From: Octopus vulgaris
Lineage: Eukaryota
Assembly: GCA_951406725.2 (NCBI GenBank)
Contig: OX597824.1
Location: forward strand, 77,190,001-77,254,000
Direction of reading: 5' to 3'
DNA length: 64,000 nt
Shown here: positions 41,046 to 53,886 of the stretch, piece after piece
How the letters are laid out: every line of letters begins with the position of its first letter
How positions within the stretch are numbered: the stretch's first letter is position 1
The notes under the pieces: model-generated
Databases searched by the model: none
Told to the model about the DNA's origin: nothing
The model's input: the letters and a program-made list of their open reading frames with translations, nothing else
Program-made: the position numbers and the translations under genes

Positions 41046-41452
41046 GGCACAGGAGTGGGTGTGAGGTAAGTAGCTTGCTTACCAACCACATGGTTCTGGG
41101 TTCAGTCCCACAGCGTGGCACTTTGGGCAAGTGTCTTCTACTATAGCCTCAGGCCGACCAAAGCCTTGTGAGTGGATTTTGTTGATGGAAACTGAAAGAA
41201 GCCCGTCGTATATATGTATATGTATATATGTGTGTGTTTGTGTGTCAGTATTTGTCTCCCCAACATCGCTTGACAACCAATGCTGGTGTGTTTATATCCC
41301 GGTAACTTAGCGGTTTGGCAAAAGAGACCAATAGAATAAGTACTAGGCTTACAAAAAGTAAGTCCTGGGGTTGAGTTATTTGACTAAAGGTGGTGCTCCA
41401 GCATGGCCACAGTCAAATTACTGAAACAAGCAAAAGAGTAAAAGAGTAAAGA
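41046..41452 (+). mobile_element. SINE family A, full length
   Basis: Head, microsatellite and tail ending in (AAAAGAGT)n. Confidence 0.9.
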
Positions 41453-41699
41453 GAAAGGTTTGTTTTTCTTTTTCACACCATCATTGAGAAATTCATCGTT
41501 TCTTTACTAAATAGTGTAATTTTGATCCTTGAGATACCAACCTAACTTAAACTGCTCCTTGTTTTATGATAGATGCTTCTTATTTCATCTAAATTAAGCT
41601 GTCCCTCTTAATTTTCATGCTTATTTGTGTTTTAAACAGCAGCTCAAATTTTCAATTATGAGGATAGGTTGGAAAGTTCTAATAACTGCATTATTTCTT

Positions 41700-42063
41700 T
41701 CCAGGTTCAAAGAAGACTTCAAAAGTAACTAGTAGCAACTTCTTTTGAAAATAGACAAAATTTAGCATCATGTTGTTATGAAGTACCTGCAGAAAAATGG
41801 TTTAGTCTCCAAGGACATTTATGCTGACATGGTTGCTCCAGCTTTATCAACAGTGCAAAATAGGTAATTGAATTTAGGTGGAGAAGCCAGTGTCTTGAAG
41901 GTAACCCAAGGTCTGGACATCCTGCAGTTGACACCACTGAGGGAAACATTGATTGTGTTCACCATAGAGCAATGGGCAGGTTATTAGGCTATTGGCTATA
42001 CAGCAAATATCCAATGCTATTAGCATATCATATGAGAGAGTTGAGAATATTCTTCACAATGAA
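41700..42063 (+). pseudogene. Decayed mariner transposase N-terminus
   Basis: Fragments VVMKYLQKNGLVSKDIYADMVA..ALSTVQ...LEGNPRSGHP...TTEGNID...ISISYERVENILHNE. Confidence 0.75.
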
Positions 42064-42242
42064 AATATTTCTGTTGAAATAGACTACCAATGTTTCAATT
42101 AATTTTGAAAATCAGTATTTAGTTGAATAGCTTATAATTATCAACCAGGTTTTGGAACACAAACTAACAAGAAATTTTGATGAAAGGTTTTTATTTAGAC
42201 AACTTTAAAACAGGAAATTTGTTTCATTGTACTGGGTATTTA

Positions 42243-43885
42243 TTTAAAAGAAAATAAATACTTGGATTCATTCATGTGAATAAAGCCATCAAGGTAGTGT
42301 CTCAGCATGGCCACAATCCAATGACTGACATAAGTAAAAGATAAAAATAAAAACATGCATGTTGCCCTCTGGTTATTGAAGGTTAAGTAGGATATCTACT
42401 TTTAAGATAATGGTGAAAAGAATAATATGACAGTTACATTCAATCACTTAATTACATATGTGTCACACATTCATTTAAAGAGCTGTTGTATTATTTCATG
42501 AGAAGGGTAGGAAATGTTAAGTTCCTTTAATCCTTTTTATAACGTTGGTTGGTATTAAAAATATTAAGGTGTAATGCTAACCTAGTTCATTCACAAATGT
42601 TCTCTATACACTTCTAAATATTTGAAGATCTGCACTTAGACCATGCTTCACTGAGGAGGTTGAATAAGACTGAAATATATCATGTGTTATCGTCATATTC
42701 TTGAAGATCAAAATCTCCCTCAACCACTGCATTCCATATTCAATCAATTTCTGGTTTTCGCTGCACACCTTTTTCTGAGTAAAATTAATCATTCATTCAG
42801 ATAATGATTGTTCTCATCATTAAAATTGCAATTTTAATTAATTAAAACTTTCCGTACTGAATGACCATTTCCCTATATAGAACATTACTAGTTTTCTCAC
42901 ATACTGCAGTTTCATACAACTGAATTTTTAGCTTCACTTTGAAAGCACATAGCATTATATACACAATCTTTTGCTTTCAAAAAAAATCTGGACTGCTATA
43001 TATACTCACAAACATACATTGGTACGGCTATAGCTGCGTGGTAAGAAGTTTGCTTCCCCCCAAAATGGTTCCAAGTTCAGTCACACTGCATGGCAGCTTT
43101 AGAAACTGTCTTCTACTATAGCCCTGGGCTGACTAAAGTCTCGTGAGTGGATTTTGTAGATAGAATCTGAAAGAAGCTTGTCATATATACAGTAATGTCT
43201 TGATATAGGAGTTAAATTGTTCCCGGAGGCTGCTAGTAAAGTGAAAACCCGTAAAGCAGAGCAATAATTTCCCATAGTGGCAATAGAATTTTTTGCTGTC
43301 ATTTTACTCCGTCACTGTGTAGATGCATCAGAACCATTGTTACCACATGTTGCTACATTGCCATACACACAAAATGACTGCTTAACCATTTTATATTTAT
43401 TATAAAATAAAACTCATAAACCCAGGGTCTCATAAAGAGAGGTATTACTGTATAAATAACTATTTTCCTATGTGTGGGGGATTTTGTCTGTCCCGCATGA
43501 CTCCTTGGCAAACAGTAATGGTTTGTTTACATCCCTATATCATAGCTGTTTGGCAAAAGAGACCAACAGAAGATGTACCAGGCTTTAAAAGAAAATAAAT
43601 ACTTGGATTGATTTGTGTAGAATAAAGCCATCAAGATAGTGTCCCAGCATGGCTACAAATCCAATGACCGACATAAGTAAAAGATAAAAATAAAAACATG
43701 CATGTTGCCTTCTGGTTATTGAAGGTTAAGTAGAATATCTCGTTTATGATAATAGTGGATGGAATAATATGACAGTTACATTCAATCACTTAATTACATA
43801 TGTGTCACCCATTCATTTAAAGAGCTGTTGTAGCATTTCATGAGAGGGGGTAGGAAATGTTAAGTTTTTTTAATCCTTTTTATAA
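42243..43885 (+). repeat. Direct duplication of about 300 bp (42243-42542 and 43584-43885)
   Basis: SINE A tail plus about 190 bp of flank is colinear in both copies. Confidence 0.92.
43190..43450. mobile_element. Tc1/mariner-pogo type MITE inside SINE A
   Basis: TA-CAGTAAT...ATTACTG-TA termini, splitting a SINE A head (43020-43185) from its tail. Confidence 0.6.
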
Positions 43886-44232
43886 TATTTGTATTCGGTA
43901 TTATTGACTTATTCTTGCTGTCTTCTCCACATACCTATCATTTATATCCTATACACACATTATTTTATATGTCTATTTCATTGTCTAATTATATTTACTA
44001 TATATTTTGTATAATGCCTTTACTGTTATGTAATGGTGTAATAAAGTATTGATTGGGTATCATCTGATGGTTGATATTTGATTGATTTAAGTATGTTTCT
44101 CCATTTTCTAATTTTGTAGTATATATATATATATAAGAGATAATGGTGTCACTGAGACCCACTTTCCTCCACCTCACTCTCTATTTTGTATTACATCTAA
44201 ACGAACTATCACTTAATCATCCTCTCACACCA

Positions 44233-44282
44233 TCTCCAATGAAGGGATATAATTAATAAATATCCTGGAAACAGCTGTAAGA
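44233..44282 (+). ncRNA. Decayed hammerhead motif in a (TA)n-flanked pLTR fragment (about 44135-44350)
   Basis: TCT-CCAATGA-AG-GGATAT-AATTAATAA-ATATCC-TG-GAAA-CAGCTG-TA-AGA; core mutated, palindromic CAGCTG. Confidence 0.6.
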
Positions 44283-44359
44283 CATTCTATCTATAAATGT
44301 TCTAATATCTACACAGCCTTGGTTTTTATCTCATTGCGCAAAAACATTTTTATATATAC

Positions 44360-44390
<31 letters not shown>

Positions 44391-44471
44391 TATATATGTA
44401 TATATGTATTGTATATATATATACATACATACATATATCTATGTATGTATGTATCTATCTATCTATATATA

Positions 44472-44540
<69 letters not shown>

Positions 44541-44761
44541 CACACACCTATATGTATGTATTTATTTATGTCTTTGTGTCTGTGTTTGTCCCTCTGCCAT
44601 CACTTGGTGTGCTTACATCTGCATAGCTTAGTGGTTCAGCAAAAGGAACCGATAGAATAAGTACAAGGTTTACAAAGAATAAGTCCTGAAAGTGCTCCAG
44701 TATGGCCGCAGTCAAATGACTGAAGCAAGTAAAAGAATAACAGAATACATACTATATGTAC

Positions 44762-44857
44762 GAAAAATAAGAAAATGGAGACAGTGAAGTTAATAAGGAT
44801 TTTTTGCTGACGAATAAACTCCTTATTAACTTCAATATCTCAATTTTCTTATTTTTC
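44762..44857. repeat. Imperfect foldback, 38-bp arms
   Basis: GAAAAATAAGAAAAT...GAAGTTAATAAGGA pairs with TCCTTATTAACTTC...TTTTCTTATTTTTC. Confidence 0.85.
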
Positions 44858-45006
44858 ATTTGAATGATTATAAACCGTGGTTTATATATAAACCTGTTAT
44901 TTTATGGATAATAATTGCCACCCCACCAAATATTTTTGTATTGAACAAGTATTTCCTTGGATGACACCATCCCTTCATGAGGCCCAACATAACCTCTGAT
45001 CAAACT

Positions 45007-45058
<52 letters not shown>

Positions 45059-45228
45059 TAGATAGATAGACAGATAGATAATTGTTTATTCCTTTACCAT
45101 CTTATTTTATTAGTATTGCACTGTACTTGACTAGCGCTTCAGTCTGATGTATATGTACAATGAATTCTACACTAAGTTATTATTCTTACAAGGATTAAGC
45201 GAAATACACACACACACACATGCATAAA

Positions 45229-45286
45229 GCAAATTTGTTGTTGAAAATGTACTTAAATTTAGGTGCATTTTCAACAACAAATTTGC
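45229..45286. repeat. 58-bp near-perfect palindrome
   Basis: GCAAATTTGTTGTTGAAAATGTACTTAAA|TTTAGGTGCATTTTCAACAACAAATTTGC. Confidence 0.9.
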
Positions 45287-45332
45287 CTATATTATTTCCA
45301 ATGTGGAAATACACCCTGTCTTTTGTTGTATA

Positions 45333-45381
<49 letters not shown>

Positions 45382-45498
45382 GACTATTTGAGGCTTAAGT
45401 GAAGCTATAAGGTGTTGTTAATCAAGCACTCAATTATATGTTCTCTGCATCTTGTATCTGAAACGGCTGTAAGCTAATGAAATAAAATAACTGCTCAT

Positions 45499-45569
<71 letters not shown>

Positions 45570-45775
45570 ATATGTATACATATATATGTATATATATATA
45601 TACATACACACACACATACATACATCTATACATGTAATCACTTAGATATAACCAAGTATTTAAGGGTGCCACACAGATCTTAACCAAATAATCTAGTCAT
45701 CCATTTATACATACATAACATTTGTATGTCCACACACACACAGGCACTTAGTTACACCCTCATGCATACATCATG

Positions 45776-45834
<59 letters not shown>

Positions 45835-46319
45835 TCATGTGCATATATGCATAGGTAGAAGCATTCTCAGATTTCCTCCCCCACAAAAACCTAACCTACC
45901 ACACCAACACCCCCAACTGCATTATACACCTTCACACTTACTCAACTTATTCAAGAGATGCAAAAACATTCATTTTTCATTGAAGGACACTTTGATGCAC
46001 AGGTGCGTATGCACATGTGTCAGTATTACAATAACTATGCTGCACTTGTTGTCTCCCTAACAACACATCTTGCATTTATACATCCATTATCAATACAATA
46101 TAGTTTACAACTAATCTTTACTTAATGCAAATGTACAGGTATTAGAGCACATATCTGAATTAGCAGATCTGATGTTTCACCATTCGTTTTTGTTTGTTTG
46201 TTTTGGGTTTTTATAGTGTTGTTTGGTTCTGTATATCTGAAAAATATGTGCAATTGTACCCTTGAGAGAAAGAGAGGGAGAAAGTGTCTGTGTGTTTGTG
46301 TTTGTGTTTGTGTATATAA

Positions 46320-46617
46320 CGTGGCACTTTGTCGCTTACAATGACGAGGGTTCCAGTTGATCCGATCAATGGAACAGCCTGCTCATGAAATTAACATGCA
46401 GTCCTCATGGCTGGCTGCTGACAAATTTTTGACCGATAGAATAAGTACTGGGCTTACAAAAATAAGTCCTGGGATCAATTTGCTTGACTAATGGCGGAGC
46501 TCCAGCATGGCCACAGTCAAATGACTGAAACAATTAAAAGAGAGTAAAAAAAAAGAGAAAGTGGCTGAGCACTCCACAGACACATGCATACAAGTTGAAT
46601 ATAAAGATTGCCTTTTG

Positions 46618-46669
<52 letters not shown>

Positions 46670-47270
46670 AAATATTAGGGAATAAATCCAAACTTACAGG
46701 GAAAAATTTACGAATTGGACAGCCATGAAACGATCGTAGTGTTATACTCATTATCTTTTTTAATAATTTTGATATATATTTAAAATAATATAAATTAATT
46801 AATCTTATGTATTGGCTTAAGTTTTTCATTGTATGATTTGCCTAATAGTGGTTTTATCTCTAATTTAATATAATATATATATATATAATTTCATCTACAT
46901 TGACTCTATATCTCATTACTAGTAATACTGCTAAGTAAGGTATATACATAACTACTATACTGGTAGCAAATGGGAATATGATAGCACTCCACAGACACAT
47001 GTACCCTTAATGTAGTTTTCAGGGAGATTCAGCAGGACACAGAGTGTGACAAGGCTGACTCTTTGTAATACAACAGAAACAAGAAGAAAGAGTAAGAGAA
47101 AAATTAAGGTGAAAGAGTACAGCAGGGACCGCCACCACCCCCTGCCAGAACCTCATGGAGCTTTAGGTGTTTTCACTCAATAAACACTCACAATGCCTGG
47201 TCTGGGAATCAAAGCCATGATCCTATGACTGCGAGTTCACTGCCCTAACCACAGGGCCATTGCATCTCCA
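46320..47270 (-). mobile_element. SINE family C broken by two insertions
   Basis: Pieces 46320-46400, 46560-46586 and 46983-47270 reconstruct the reverse complement of 18575-18956. Confidence 0.85.
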
Positions 47271-47475
47271 CTTTGTATATATGTTCACAAGCATGACTGG
47301 AATGGTTGTTTTTATAATAATTAGTTGTGTCACCTTACTTGCATTTCATTAACAATTAAATACAGTATATTTGACATCCAATTTAAATCTAAACAGGACT
47401 ACATACATACATACATACAAGCATACATACATACATACATACATACATACATACATACGTACGTACGTACGTACA

Positions 47476-47509
<34 letters not shown>

Positions 47510-48055
47510 CATATATACATACATACGTAGATGCATACATACATATATACATGCATGCATATTATATTCATATGCATACAATACATTCATATATATATAC
47601 TCTTTTACTCTTTTACTTGTTTCAGTCATTTGACTGCAGCCATGCTGAAGCACCGCCTTTAGTCGATCAAATCGACCCAGGGACTTATTCCTTGTAAGCC
47701 CAGTACTTATTCTAACGGTCTCTTTTTACATACATACACATATATATTCAACACCAATGTCATCATCATCATCATCCTCATAATATATTTATTAATATAT
47801 TGGTTTCAAATTTTGGCACAAGGTCAGCCATTTTGAGGAAGAGGATAAGTTGATTACATTGACCCCAGTGCTCAACTGGTACTTATTTTATCGGCCCTGA
47901 AAGGACGAAAGGCAACGTCGACCTTGGTAGAATTTGAACTCAGAATGTAAAGATGGACGAAACGCTGCTAAGCATTTTGCCTGCCATGCTAATGATTCTG
48001 CCAGCTCACAAAACATTTTAGAAAAGTACATGTTAATTAGTTAATTATGTTAAGT

Positions 48056-48257
48056 CTGCAGCATGGAATTTTGTCAGTGAACAGGTCGCAGTCTCAAAGC
48101 GATGAAAATATTTTGACAAATTAAATTTAAATGTTGAAGTGAATCTAACGGTTTTTGCACGTTTCTTAATTGGCTTCCAAACACCTTCCACACTGCAGTT
48201 GTTTTCATTCCAGCACACAATCTCAGATCAGGCCACTTGCTATGCAAGTACATCTCC
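48056..48257 (+). mobile_element. pLTR fragment, same family as 52591-52923
   Basis: Diverged reverse complement of 52591-52790. Confidence 0.8.
48070..48120 (+). ncRNA. Minimal type-I hammerhead motif, G3-C8 variant
   Basis: TTTGTCA-GTGAACA-G-GTCGC-AGTCTCAAA-GCGAT-GAAA-ATAT-TT-TGACAAA; 7-bp stem I, 5-bp stem II, palindromic ATAT. Confidence 0.75.
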
Positions 48258-48321
48258 ATGTTAACCTTTATGAAAATGACATTGACATTGACCTCAATGT
48301 TTTGGCTTAATTACCTTCATA

Positions 48322-48356
48322 ACTCTGATGAAAGCTAAGGAGCTGAAACATCAAGG
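48322..48356 (+). ncRNA. Minimal hammerhead motif, stem I decayed
   Basis: CTGATGA-A-AGCT-AAGG-AGCT-GAAA-CA-TC. Confidence 0.55.
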
Positions 48357-48722
48357 CCATAGGCAACATTTGTAAAATTTATTGTTTATGTATTACATTT
48401 ATATTACAAAGCCTAGTGAGTGGATTTAGTTGATCGAAACTGAAAGAAGCCAGTTATTTATACATACATATATCATCATCATTTTTAAGATAGACTTTTC
48501 CATATTTTCATAGATCAGATGAAATTTGTTGAGGCAGATCTTTTTACAGCTGAATGCCTTTTCAGTTACCAACATTCACTTGTTTTCAAGTAAGATAATA
48601 TATCTCCGTAGCCTGATATATTTTTATGGAAGACAGGAAATGTAGTCACTGCTTTGTACGACGGTGAAACTCATTTGCTGCTGTCATGCAATGTCAAGAC
48701 AAGGAGACTAAAACACACACGT

Positions 48723-48798
<76 letters not shown>

Positions 48799-49402
48799 AC
48801 GCACACACATACACACAAACACAGGAATACATATATGCACAGCTGTGGTATTTGTGAGTGTGTATGTGTATGTTTAGCTCTGTGTGTGTGTGTGTATGCA
48901 TGTTTGTGTTTCTTTGTCTTGACTGCCTCGTCATACAAGCAGTGTTGTTCATTTGCAATATTCCAAGAAAACATGTCCAGCTATTGTATTCAATGGCTTC
49001 AAAACATTAGAAGAAATAATTTTCCTTGCTTGAAAGCAGCTGAGAATTGATGACAAGAAAACCATCCCAGCCATAAAAAGAATCTATTTCAACAAATTAT
49101 GTTTGACCCATGCAATCATGGAAGGTACGCTAATGATGATACACCCAGCCTCACACCCACACACATACACACACACATGTGCATGCGCACATACATACAA
49201 GTTGAATATAAGGATTGCCTTTTGGTTTGTGTATATATATATATATATATAATTTCATCTACATTGCTTCTATATTTCATTACTAGTAATACTGCTAAGT
49301 AAGGTAGTTACTTAACTACTATACTGGGAGCAAATGGGAATATGATAGCATACATAGAGCTCTAAACACAACAATAACAGTCATACATCTGTTTGTGTAT
49401 AC

Positions 49403-49498
<96 letters not shown>

Positions 49499-49732
49499 AC
49501 TACCTATCTATCTATATATATATCTATGTATATATATATGTGTGTGTATATATGTATATATATATGTATGTATATACACACATATATTCATACATACATA
49601 TATACATATGCGCATATATACATAAATATCTATACATATATGTATGTATGTATGAATATATATATATATATATATTCATACATATATACATATATATATG
49701 CATACATACACACACACATGCACACACACACA

Positions 49733-49769
<37 letters not shown>

Positions 49770-50445
49770 ATTAACCATTTGCTGCCTGCACAGTGAGATG
49801 GAACCAAGGACACCAGGACCAGATGAATGTGAAGGTAACCGCTTAACCACACACCAATACCTGTTTATTTGCAATAACAGTATAAACAAGCAAACCGCCT
49901 CAAGATATATAACCTACTTTTATATAAACACACAAATATTTTCAGCGATTTCAGCAACAAGATGTTCAGCGTTGGATGTAATATTACTTCATTAGTTAGA
50001 TTATAAAAATCTCTGTCCAGACTTAGAAGTTGGTGTAAGATGAACAATAACAGATTTCGTTTTATATGTCAGTATAACCTTTGTCACACGTAATGTTATA
50101 TATGACCTGAGGATAAATGAAAAAGCAAAATAATAAAATAATAAAATATTACAGTAATTTATTTTTTCTTTTCTTTCGGTAAAAATTTACAGTGTGCAGT
50201 ATTGAAATAAAATCCGTGTGAATGTTTTAGTTAAAAAATCCAAATTCATTATATTTTATGCTTGGCATATAAGATTTCCCAAGCATCTTAAAAGCCCTCC
50301 TTAGGGGTTTCAAAACTGAATATATTTTATTTTGCATCTCATTAAAATGCTTCAAATTGACACATTTTTGTTTCTTTTACTCTCTTTCTCTCCCTCTCTC
50401 TTTCTTTGTCTCTGTCTCTGTCTGTCTGTCTGTCTTTCTGTCAGT

Positions 50446-50506
<61 letters not shown>

Positions 50507-50708
50507 TTAGTAATTATTTTCAGTCACAAGAATCCATGTTTAGAGGTGCTGACATAGTGATGAAGAAGTTCACTTCACAGCAACATAGTCATGGTTTCAA
50601 TTCCTCTGCACAACTCCTTGGACAAATGATTCCTGCTATAGCCCTAAGCTTAGCAAAGCTTAGGGCTACAGAGTGTATTGGCAGATGGAAACTGAAATCC
50701 TTTATGTG

Positions 50709-50746
<38 letters not shown>

Positions 50747-51445
50747 CATTATGTATATGAGAAACCGTAGCCTATGAAGCATATGCAGAATAAACTAGCA
50801 TCAATGCCATGACAAACATACATAATCACAAATTCTCTTTTAGAATCCAGGAAAAGCATAATTTTATAGCTTTGGCTAGTTTTGTATGGTAATTAATCAA
50901 AGAAGCAACACCGTATATTATTATTTGGAGGTTGCTGGTACCTTCTAGGCCTCAGCTTAATTGATTTAGAAGATACAAACTCTGCTTGACAGAAAGGAGA
51001 ACTACTAAGTGCTTTTCTGAACTCAAAATGAGAAATTTTCAGCTGCTGCCCTCATGAGTGCAAATCTAGTTTGGAAACATTGTCACATCCATTTTTGAAC
51101 TATGATATATACTCATGCATACACAGATTACATGCTTCACTCATGGGTAACACCAATCCAAAGGAATAGCTCTTCTTATTTTTCTCTACATTTCATCCCA
51201 TTGCATTTTGTTCTACTTTTTTGCTACCACCACCAAGCCAACCTAGAGTCCATGTTCTTCTTGTATGAAAGAAAGAAGATATGCATTGCTGATCAGTATG
51301 TCTAAAGAGAAGTCAATATTTTCTTGTGGCAATAATTGGCATGGGACCTACAGTTACATTCTTACTATTAGGTTGTCAAGTAAGTTCTTGTAGTTTTTAA
51401 CCTTTAAATTCAGATGCACATATCTCGCCTCAAACAAAATTTTAT

Positions 51446-52461
51446 TAATCAAAATAAACACCATCAGAATCAACACTCTTTTGCCAATGCGAGACAAGTT
51501 TATTTATTCCAGTAGCATAAAAATGCTGCATTCTGGTAGTGATGAAGTCGTTGAAGGCATATTTGGCATTGTCTTGGTTTTAACCATTTCTCACGAAGGA
51601 AGTTGTCAAGATTCTTGAAAAGTGGTTGTTGGTAGGTGAGAGGTCTGGTGAGTATGGCAGATGAGGCAGAGTTTTGTAGCCCAATTCGTTCAACTTCTGC
51701 AGGGTCAGTTGTGCGACATGCAGCCAAATGTTGTCATGGAGAAGAATTGGTCCTTTTCTATTGACCAATGCTGGTTGTTGTTGTCAGAGTTTCTTAGGCA
51801 TTTCATCCATTTGCTGACAGTACTTCTCCGCCGTAATGGTTTCGCTTGGATCCAAAAGGCTGTGATGGATGAGACTGGCCGCAGACCACCAAACAGTCAC
51901 AATGACCTTCTTTTGGTGCAACTTTGGCTTTGGGAAGTGCCGTGGAGCTTTTTTGGTGTCCAACCACTGAGCTGAGCATCTCCGGTTGTCATAGAGAATC
52001 TACTTTTCATTGCAAGTCAAAATCCGGTCGAGAAACAGGTGGTTCTTGTTGCATAAAAGAAGAGAAGATGACACTTCAAAATGGCATTGTTTTTAGTTGT
52101 TGTTCAGTTTGTGCAGCATCCATTTCTTAAGTATTTTTATTTTCCCAATCTCTTTCAAGTGGTTGAAAATGATCATATGCATTACATCTAATTCGGAAGC
52201 AAGCTCTTGAACAGGTGTGCAAGGATTGGCTTCCACTAAGGCTCTTAGTTGATCGTTATCAACATCCAATAGCCAACAACTACGCTTATCATCTTCAAGA
52301 CTCTCGTCACTGCTACCAAATTTTTTGAATCACGATTGTGCTGTACATAAATTAGTGGTTCCTGGGTTAAATGCATCGTTGATATCGCGAGCTGTTTCAG
52401 CAGCTTTTCAGCCAAGCTTGAAGTGGAATAAGAAAATTGTGCGAATTTGCTTTTTGTCCAT
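51446..52461 (-). pseudogene. Mariner transposase pseudogene
   Basis: MDKKQIRTIFLFHFKLG..KAAETARDIN; decayed WVPHEL (WMLHKL); ILLHDN; LPYSPDLSP; multiple stops and frameshifts. Confidence 0.92.
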
Positions 52462-52590
52462 GTTGTATTCAATGTTCCAGAAAAAATGGCGTAATCACTC
52501 AAAGAGTAACATGATTAGATAGAGCGAAAAACAGGCTTTAAAAGGATATATAAAGACAAAGTAATTTAACGAAAATAAATTTTTAAATTA

Positions 52591-52923
52591 CGGAGATGTA
52601 CTCGCATAGCAAGTGATTTGATCTGAGATCGTGTGCTGAAACGAAAACAATTGCAGCGTGGAAGGTGTTTGTAAGCCATTTAAGAAACACACAAAAGCCG
52701 TTCGATTCACTTCAACATTTAAGTTTAATTTGTCAAAATATTTTTGTCGCTAAAATCGCGACCTGTTCACTGACAAAAATCCGAGATGCAGCACGGATTT
52801 TTGTCAGTGAACAGGTTGCGGATTTTAGCGCCGAAAATATTTTGACAAATTAAACTTAAATGTTGAAGTGAATCGAACGGCTTTTGTGTGTTTCTTAAAT
52901 GGCTACAAACACCTTCCACGCTG
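52591..52923. mobile_element. PLE-type foldback, 130-bp arms (52654-52783 / 52794-52923), G3-C8 hammerhead motif in each arm
   Basis: Arms are near reverse complements; plus motif at 52800-52849 keeps GAAA, minus motif at 52729-52777 has AAAA. Confidence 0.85.
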
Positions 52924-53218
52924 AAATTTTAAAATACATCATTTAAAACCAAAATTTTAAATTCCACTTCTTAACAACCTAATGCCTTATCATATATATA
53001 TATATTATATTATATATATATTTTATATATATATTCAGAATTAATCAGCCGTAATTACTAAGATGATCCGGTTCCTGACTGAAGATTAGAGGCTTCGAAT
53101 GACCTGTCTGTTTTTTTTGCGTCGTCTCTTTGTGTGGTTTGCGTTCATGTCCCCTTTTGTAAATTTTATTTATAATTTTTATACATATATTATTGTGGCG
53201 TAACGTACCCCTTTCTCC

Positions 53219-53259
<41 letters not shown>

Positions 53260-53269
53260 TTCTTTTATA

Positions 53270-53618
53270 TTTTATCTTTCTTTCATTTGTTTCAGTCATT
53301 AAATTGCAGCCATGCTGGGGCACTGCTTTGAATATTTATCCAATTAAATCAACCCCAGTACTTATTTGTTAAGACTGGTACATATTTTATCGGTTATTTT
53401 TGTTGAAATGCTAGATTATGGGGACACAACAACAGCAACACCAGTTGTCAAGCAGTGATGATGGGGGGGGGGGCATACATATATATATATACACACACAT
53501 ATATACACATACACGCATATATATACGCACATGCATACATACATACATACATGCATACATACATACATACATACATACATACATACATACATACATACAT
53601 ACATACATACATGCATAC

Positions 53619-53675
<57 letters not shown>

Positions 53676-53830
53676 CAGTGGGCTTCTTTCAGTGTACCAG
53701 ATCCACTCTCAAGGCTCTGGTCAGCCTGAGGATATAGAGGGAGACACTTGCCCAGGTGTCATACAGTGGAACTGAAACTGGAACCAGGTTGTTGGGAAGC
53801 AAGTTTCTTAACACACAACCACACCAGCAC
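53270..53830 (-). mobile_element. SINE family A with expanded internal (CATA)n/(TA)n
   Basis: Tail 53270-53460, head 53680-53830. Confidence 0.8.
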
Positions 53831-53855
53831 CTATATATATATATATATATGTATG

Positions 53856-53886
<31 letters not shown>

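Larger units (their letters stand above)
51366..52984 (-). mobile_element. Decayed mariner transposon with inserted foldback
   Basis: TIR remnants TA-TTAGGTTG (51366) and CAACCTAA (52975-52982); transposase pseudogene inside. Confidence 0.88.

Noticed and set aside
42604-42792. Possible minus-strand exon
   Set aside because: Plausible acceptor but no convincing donor and no recognisable peptide.
51030-51150. Possible plus-strand exon (TTTTCAG...GGTAAC)
   Set aside because: Weak signals, unrecognised peptide, no partner exons.
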